Below are positions 58,626 through 64,000 of a DNA stretch of 64,000 nucleotides, one piece after another. The notes beneath the pieces were generated by a model, which saw nothing but the letters and a program-made list of their open reading frames with translations, was not told the DNA's origin and made no database searches. The position numbers and the translations under genes are program-made. Numbering within the stretch: the stretch's first letter is position 1; each line of letters opens with the position of its first letter. This stretch comes from Bacteroidia bacterium (GTDB lineage: Bacteria; Bacteroidota; Bacteroidia; NS11-12g; UBA9320), in NCBI GenBank assembly GCA_965216465.1, contig CBDCFW010000005.1:224001-288000 (forward strand). The letters run 5' to 3'.

Positions 58626-59287
58626 TTCTTGACTAAATCAATATGAAGTCCGCATTCGTCTTTATTTTGACCGGCCCAGCGTGCCGATCTTTCTGAACTC
58701 AAGAATTTTGAAGTGCACGGTTCACATCCAATACTTAGATAGCCTTCTTTCTCCAATGGATGAAATGGCAGGTCAAATTTCTTTTGGTATTCCAAAACCA
58801 TCTTGCTGTCCCAGCTTAATATGGGATGATATCTTTTTGTACCATAAGGTCCATCCATTATCTTATCAAAACCACTTCTTGTAGCCGTTTGACCCTTTCT
58901 AACGCCCACTATCCAAACATCGCTCATTTTAAGTACATCGTCCATTGGAAGTACCTTGTTTATATGACAGCACGTTCCGGGATCACTGGCAAACAGAAAA
59001 TGATCACTCGAATCCTTTTGGTGAAGCTTATCAATGTTTGAAGTAAGGCTGAAGGTGTTTAATCCCAATTTCTTTGTAACTTCATTCTTAAAAGATATAC
59101 TCTCAGGAAAATGAAATCCCGTATTTAAAAAATACACCGGTATATCATGATTCATTCTGCTGATGACATGAAGAAGTGGAATGCTGTGAGATTGAAAAGA
59201 AGACGAAGTCACAACCACCTTACCCGCATCAAGAAATTCCTTAATTTCAGCATGTATACGTTCTATTTCTGATTCTATCCAATCCAC
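58622..59287 (-). CDS. cysH: (Phospho)adenylyl-sulfate reductase, Fe-S (APS reductase) type
   Basis: SSSFQ, LNTGFHFPES, CCHINK, GYLSIGCEPCT, ECGLH. Confidence 0.9.
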   Translation of the reverse strand: MDWIESEIERIHAEIKEFLDAGKVVVTSSSFQSHSIPLLHVISRMNHDIPVYFLNTGFHFPESISFKNEVTKKLGLNTFSLTSNIDKLHQKDSSDHFLFASDPGTCCHINKVLPMDDVLKMSDVWIVGVRKGQTATRSGFDKIMDGPYGTKRYHPILSWDSKMVLEYQKKFDLPFHPLEKEGYLSIGCEPCTSKFLSSERSARWAGQNKDECGLHIDLVKK

Positions 59288-59378
59288 GTCAACAAATTTA
59301 GAATAAATGGGGAACCGCGATTATGATATTGCACCAAAATAAGGCAATAGTTACATAAAATTAACGTTATTGCAACCG

Positions 59379-60368
59379 ATGAGAATACTCTGCATCTTGC
59401 TACTCATAGTTGGCTTCTTTAATCTATCTGCTCAAAACAATTTGCAGGTATCGCTTGATAGCTTGATTAAAGAGATTGAAGCCCGAAAAAATCTGCACGG
59501 AGTGGTTAGCATCAAGCATCAAAATGAAGTAGTGTATAGCTCACCCATCGGCTATAGCAACATTAAACTAAAGCAAAAAGCAGATACCTCTACCCTCTTT
59601 GCAATTGGTTCAATAACAAAAACGTATATAGCTACTATCATTCTTCAATTGGTAGAGGAAAAAAGCATTAAGCTTACCGATAAGCTTGTCAAATTTCAAC
59701 CCGATATTCCTTTTGCAAGTGACATTACGATTAATGACCTCCTAAAGCATCAAAGTGGAATAAGTGACAACAATTATTTTAAATGGAAGTATGGCGGTAA
59801 ACGTTTTAAACGGGTAGATAAGCCAACATATTCTAATGTTAACTATGGTCTGCTTGGTTTAATCATCGAACAATTGGAAAACAAAACACTAGACCAAGTA
59901 TTACAAGAGAGAATTGTTGACCCACTCGGTTTGCATCACACCTATTACTTAACTCAAGGTCAAGACTCTTTGATTGCCAAGAGTTACAGTTTTCAAAACA
60001 AGAAATGGACCGAACAAAGCTTTGGGAATTTAGAAAATGCGGGAGGTGCAGGTGGTATGATAAGCTCAGCTGAGGATGTCAATCGTTTTTTTAGCGCCTT
60101 GTTTCAGGCAAAATTGATTTCTCAAGAATCATTGGATATAATGCGTTCTATGGATGCACATTACGCCATGGCCTTGTTCCCAGGAAACTTCTTTGCACAT
60201 CAAGGGTATTGTAACTCAGGTCAATATGGCCATTACCATTCTACGGTCGTGTACTTTCCTAAGAGTGAGCTATCAATTACCATTCTGAGCAATGGAACAA
60301 ACACATCACTCAATTTAGTGCTCAGGCAGGTACTTGACATTCTTGATGCAGAAGGCAGTTTAATCTAA
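59379..60368 (+). CDS. Serine hydrolase, beta-lactamase class C / D-Ala-D-Ala peptidase family
   Basis: FAIGSITK (SxxK), LLKHQSG, YSNVNY, GAGGMISS; signal peptide from ATG 59379. Confidence 0.88.
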   Translation: MRILCILLLIVGFFNLSAQNNLQVSLDSLIKEIEARKNLHGVVSIKHQNEVVYSSPIGYSNIKLKQKADTSTLFAIGSITKTYIATIILQLVEEKSIKLTDKLVKFQPDIPFASDITINDLLKHQSGISDNNYFKWKYGGKRFKRVDKPTYSNVNYGLLGLIIEQLENKTLDQVLQERIVDPLGLHHTYYLTQGQDSLIAKSYSFQNKKWTEQSFGNLENAGGAGGMISSAEDVNRFFSALFQAKLISQESLDIMRSMDAHYAMALFPGNFFAHQGYCNSGQYGHYHSTVVYFPKSELSITILSNGTNTSLNLVLRQVLDILDAEGSLI

Positions 60369-61633
60369 AGTTTAATGTCCAATCCAAATGTAAGACGATC
60401 AATTTTGGGCGTTTGGTTATAAGCATTGAGCAATGAATTGTGATAATACAACTGACCAAAGGACACATTCAATCCAATTCTTCTATTTACATCATAACCT
60501 AGACCTACATCGGCAGATGACCTAAATAAAACTTTATTAAGGTCCTGATTTCCAGCTATTCGCGGATAAGGTAAATTCTCACTAGATGGTTGATCAAATA
60601 CATAATTCCCGCTGTTGCGTTGAAGTATCGACACCCCTAATCCTAACTGCACGTAAGGTCTAAACCTTCCATATCGAATTGACCGTTTAAGATTTAGAGG
60701 AATATCGACATACGTAAAACTAACCTGCTGATTTGGTTGCCTCACCAGTCTTGTTGTATCTATTTCTGTATCAATAATTCGTTCAACTTGGGCCGTAACT
60801 TTTCCGTGCTCCGTTATTTCGTAGTTTCTAGTGATTAACCTATAACTTGTATCGTAACTATAGTTAAATCCCTCTTCAAGATAGTTTGTAAGTTCTTTTA
60901 AATTAAGAATTTGTAATCCTGAAGATACCTCCCAATTTTTTCTGGCAGCCGATAGACTAATCCCATATGCCATACTGTTTATAGTCTTTTCTTGTTCAGA
61001 GTAATACGGTTTTGTTCGAGAATAATCAAGCACAGACAAGTAGGGTTGAATAGACCATTGAACAAATTTTTGGTCTTGCTCCAGATCGGCTAGTAAATTG
61101 CTTTCAACATTAATCGTATATGGAATCGCATACAACCCTAAAGAGTATGGTGCCCCAATAAATTCCGGTTTGCTTATAGCTTCAAAAGGCTCTACCATCA
61201 TTTCAACAAGCGAATCTACTTGAGAAGTTTCAACTTCAAGCAACTGGGGAAGAGCCTCTTCGACTCTTCTGGGTGAGTAAAATTCTTGAACTGCGTACAC
61301 TTCTTCTGACACCTCAGGTCTCGCTATAGGTTGTTCAACCTCGACTTGTTCTGCATCATTAGGCTCTATTTCAGTTTTTTCATCTGGAAACGTAGCAACT
61401 AGATTTGATTGACTTTTATCAGGTGAGTTTTGACCCAAAAAGACCCATAACGATGCAGACAGTCCGAACAACAGTAAAAGCAGTATATAATATTTTCTTC
61501 TAGCCCAAAATCCTACAGGTTCATTCTGATCTAAGAGGGCTTCCATTTTTTCCCAATCTTGTGCGTGATCGGCTTTTTGATAAGTCGAAAACGAATCTTT
61601 AAAATACTGATCTATGTTCTTCATGTCTTTCAT
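60365..61633 (-). CDS. Putative dual-membrane-spanning anti-sigma factor (N-terminal anti-sigma domain, TM, acidic linker, C-terminal beta-barrel)
   Basis: IDQYFKDSF...DWEKMEALLD N-terminus, one TM, E/P/Q-rich linker, YVDIPLNL and LTFGLDIKL barrel strands; overlaps the ECF sigma gene. Confidence 0.72.
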   Translation of the reverse strand: MKDMKNIDQYFKDSFSTYQKADHAQDWEKMEALLDQNEPVGFWARRKYYILLLLLFGLSASLWVFLGQNSPDKSQSNLVATFPDEKTEIEPNDAEQVEVEQPIARPEVSEEVYAVQEFYSPRRVEEALPQLLEVETSQVDSLVEMMVEPFEAISKPEFIGAPYSLGLYAIPYTINVESNLLADLEQDQKFVQWSIQPYLSVLDYSRTKPYYSEQEKTINSMAYGISLSAARKNWEVSSGLQILNLKELTNYLEEGFNYSYDTSYRLITRNYEITEHGKVTAQVERIIDTEIDTTRLVRQPNQQVSFTYVDIPLNLKRSIRYGRFRPYVQLGLGVSILQRNSGNYVFDQPSSENLPYPRIAGNQDLNKVLFRSSADVGLGYDVNRRIGLNVSFGQLYYHNSLLNAYNQTPKIDRLTFGLDIKL

Positions 61634-62196
61634 TTCGCTAATTCAATCGTTTTTTTTTCCTCATTGGCCTTGAGTACAAGAATTTCTTGTAGTCTCTTTC
61701 TGGCTGAGTTTAAGTGCCAACGGCTAGTACTTGGGTTGATGTTCAGCATCTCTCCTATCTCGTTATGACTAAACCCATCAATAGCATAGAGATTAAATAC
61801 CGTTTTAGCCATAGCAGGGAGTTCGTTTAAAATAAGCAACAAGTCTCGTTGTTCGAGGTGCCTGAGCCCGTCATTGTATTCTACTTCTACTGGAACTTCT
61901 TGTAAATCTTCCATGTGAACATCCCATATGCGCCTCTGAGATTTTCTAAACTCATCGATGCAGTTATTAATGACTACATTTCTGATCCAGGTAGCTAAGC
62001 TGTACTTCTTATTGTATTTCGTGATGTTTTTAAGCACCTTATAAAAACCAGAATTGATAAGCCTAGACTTATCATCTTCTTGGAATTCATACCGAGAAAC
62101 AACATTCTTCATCAACGGATAATAGGCCTCATACAAAGCACTCTGACATCGCCTGTCATTCTTTTTACAGCCTGCTATGATTTCTTTTTCCGTCAT
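61630..62196 (-). CDS. ECF sigma-70 factor
   Basis: IIAGCKKNDRRCQSALY, WIRNVVINNCID, VFNLYAIDGFSHNEIGEML, SRWHLNSARKRLQ. Confidence 0.93.
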   Translation of the reverse strand: MTEKEIIAGCKKNDRRCQSALYEAYYPLMKNVVSRYEFQEDDKSRLINSGFYKVLKNITKYNKKYSLATWIRNVVINNCIDEFRKSQRRIWDVHMEDLQEVPVEVEYNDGLRHLEQRDLLLILNELPAMAKTVFNLYAIDGFSHNEIGEMLNINPSTSRWHLNSARKRLQEILVLKANEEKKTIELAK

Positions 62197-62199
62197 GTT

Positions 62200-62221
62200 A
62201 AAAGGGGAGCATTGCTCCCCT
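62200..62221 (-). terminator. Terminator-like hairpin between the PKD/T9SS gene and the ECF sigma gene
   Basis: Minus strand AGGGGAGC-aat-GCTCCCCT-TTT. Confidence 0.7.
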
Positions 62222-62240
62222 ATATATTCAAGAGCTTGTC

Positions 62241-64000
62241 CTAGTTCTCAATGTTTATTTTTCTTACCGTTGTATAGCCATCAATCGTAATTTTTGCGAT
62301 ATACATCCCTTGCATTTGGTTGTTTAATTCAACCTGTAATTCCGATCCTGTACCTTCAGCGTTGTGTACTAACATACCTAAGGTGTTGTACACCTGAACG
62401 TTTATGTCATGATTTTGTGCATCGTTCATGCTCACTTTGAAGTTTCCATTGTTTGGATTCGGGAATACCTGAATTTGTCCTTCAATTCGTTCTTGAATAC
62501 TTAGAATGTCTCGTTCGTCTAAGACATTGATACTGAAGCCATCTGCCTTGTAGTACTTTCCATTCTCATCCATGCCAATGGTATCACAATATTGGCTGTT
62601 ACAGCTCGATGCCTCATCAGTAATGGTTAAACACAACTCATAATTTCCGAAATCAGCATAATGGTGCTCAGGAGTCGGAGATGTTGATGTAGACCCATCA
62701 CCAAATTCCCATAAGTACTTAGCCTTTTTTGCTACTTTGGTACTATTGTTCACAATAAACATGGTGAATTTAATTGAGGTATCTTTTGCTACATAATAAG
62801 AAGCAGAACAGAAGTTGGCTTCGTTCGTACTTATCTCTTTACAGAGTGAATCGCACACCACTCCGTCTGCATTCAGCACATATAAGCATGCTGTAAATGT
62901 TGAAGCACTAGAATAAGTATGACTAACACTGTTTGAAGTAGTGGTGTCTCGTGAACCGTCACCAAAGTCCCAAATTCTTGAACCACCAGCACCAACAGAG
63001 TCGGTAAACGTTACCTGTGTTCCATTCACTTGAGCAGAGAAAGCTGGTGTTGGACAAGGAAGTATATTGATGCATAATGGTAATGCATTGGTCAGGTAAC
63101 CGGAATAGTCAACTAGACCATAAACATTGATATTATCAGCATAATCAGAGATAAATGAATCAATTTTTGAGGTATCGGTAGTATTCCAGTAGTTTGAAGT
63201 TAGGTCAATAGAAACATGCGTCGCAGGATCTGAATTGTATCCATAAACACGCACTTTTTGATCGCCAACTAAGAAATTATTATTGCTAATATTCAGCGTA
63301 GGGTTTACACTTCCGTTTCCAAAGTTTTGAATGGTAAGCATGTGATCATAGCTGATTCTAGCTGTAAATGAATCGAGAGTATTGTCTGTAAAGTCAAGCG
63401 TATAACTGTTGCTATTACCTCTCAAATCAAGAACAATACCACTTCTGATGTGCTCATAAAGATTACAAGATATTTCAGCGTCTTTTTGTTGCATGTAAAC
63501 AATATCTTCTAAATGCAGATAGTGATTTTTGTGCACATAATAAGTCCCTCCCCGAATATCGGCGGCACGAGCATAACTTAGCTCAGAATTTGTAATATTG
63601 GTATGTGTAAGATTACCAGATACATGCAATATCGTGCCTTGATAATAGTTGCCAGATCCAATTACTCCAGATAGTGTAGAGTTATCGATGTCAAGTGTAT
63701 TCGCTTCTGTACTCGACCCTCTAAAGTATATCGCATAGTAGCCATTATACAAATAAGAGTTTGTCACTTTTAGAGATGTAGTAGTTACGTCGATTGTCAT
63801 TTTTGCAACCCCTTCTCCTTTAATGTCAGCATAATTGATAAACGCTCCTTCACCAGTAGCAGAATTATAGTCGACTGCCTCTTTAGTATACTTTATCAAT
63901 AAGCCAGACACGTATACAATAGAATCTGCGTTACCAAGTAGCTGAAACTCTCCATCAACTTGAAGTTGAACACTGCTTCCTTGAATTTCTGCCCCTGGCA
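62241..64000 (-). CDS. T9SS type A cargo protein with beta-helix-like region and two PKD domains (5'-partial)
   Basis: Frame stays open upstream of 63911 to the window end (PGAEIQGSSVQLQVDG...); WDFGDG and WEFGDG PKD motifs; CTD VFPNPNNG...GMYIAKI...RKINIEN. Confidence 0.88.
   Translation of the reverse strand, partial: PGAEIQGSSVQLQVDGEFQLLGNADSIVYVSGLLIKYTKEAVDYNSATGEGAFINYADIKGEGVAKMTIDVTTTSLKVTNSYLYNGYYAIYFRGSSTEANTLDIDNSTLSGVIGSGNYYQGTILHVSGNLTHTNITNSELSYARAADIRGGTYYVHKNHYLHLEDIVYMQQKDAEISCNLYEHIRSGIVLDLRGNSNSYTLDFTDNTLDSFTARISYDHMLTIQNFGNGSVNPTLNISNNNFLVGDQKVRVYGYNSDPATHVSIDLTSNYWNTTDTSKIDSFISDYADNINVYGLVDYSGYLTNALPLCINILPCPTPAFSAQVNGTQVTFTDSVGAGGSRIWDFGDGSRDTTTSNSVSHTYSSASTFTACLYVLNADGVVCDSLCKEISTNEANFCSASYYVAKDTSIKFTMFIVNNSTKVAKKAKYLWEFGDGSTSTSPTPEHHYADFGNYELCLTITDEASSCNSQYCDTIGMDENGKYYKADGFSINVLDERDILSIQERIEGQIQVFPNPNNGNFKVSMNDAQNHDINVQVYNTLGMLVHNAEGTGSELQVELNNQMQGMYIAKITIDGYTTVRKINIEN

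Noticed and set aside
1-64000. CRISPR arrays, tRNA/rRNA genes, IS elements, prophage or defence systems
   Set aside because: No spaced direct repeats, cloverleaf-like sequences, transposase, integrase or phage-like ORFs were seen by eye; intergenic gaps are short and mostly explained.

Overview
A 64 kb, AT-rich chromosomal window from an aerobic Bacteroidota bacterium, judged from TAnnTTTG promoters, near-absence of Shine-Dalgarno sequences, porQ and T9SS cargo proteins. Bases ~1-44 kb are mostly core housekeeping genes: hisS, rpmE, tpiA, an OmpA-family gene, bshC, rimO, ftsY, rpmBG, rnhB, ftsE, dnaX, rpsF-rpsR-rplI, dnaA, typA, ahpC, porQ-cmk and phoH. A six-gene alternative complex III (actA-F) operon occupies 44-52 kb. 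A more accessory-looking region at 52-64 kb holds an Rrf2 regulator, a T9SS-linked multicopper-oxidase operon, a cysH/epimerase pair, an ECF sigma with a dual-membrane-type anti-sigma, and a PKD T9SS protein. I saw no tRNA, rRNA, CRISPR array or mobile element. Best leads: (1) a two-domain multicopper oxidase whose copper ligands are split complementarily across two translationally coupled genes, only one of which has a T9SS sorting domain; (2) dnaX interrupted at an A10 run, so full-length tau needs a -1 shift or slippage; (3) a structured ncRNA (probable 6S) at 15.8 kb; (4) an ActA lacking the monoheme domain, with no adjacent oxidase genes; (5) a strong SD in front of rpsR. All calls come from reading the sequence and recalling protein families; no searches were run.
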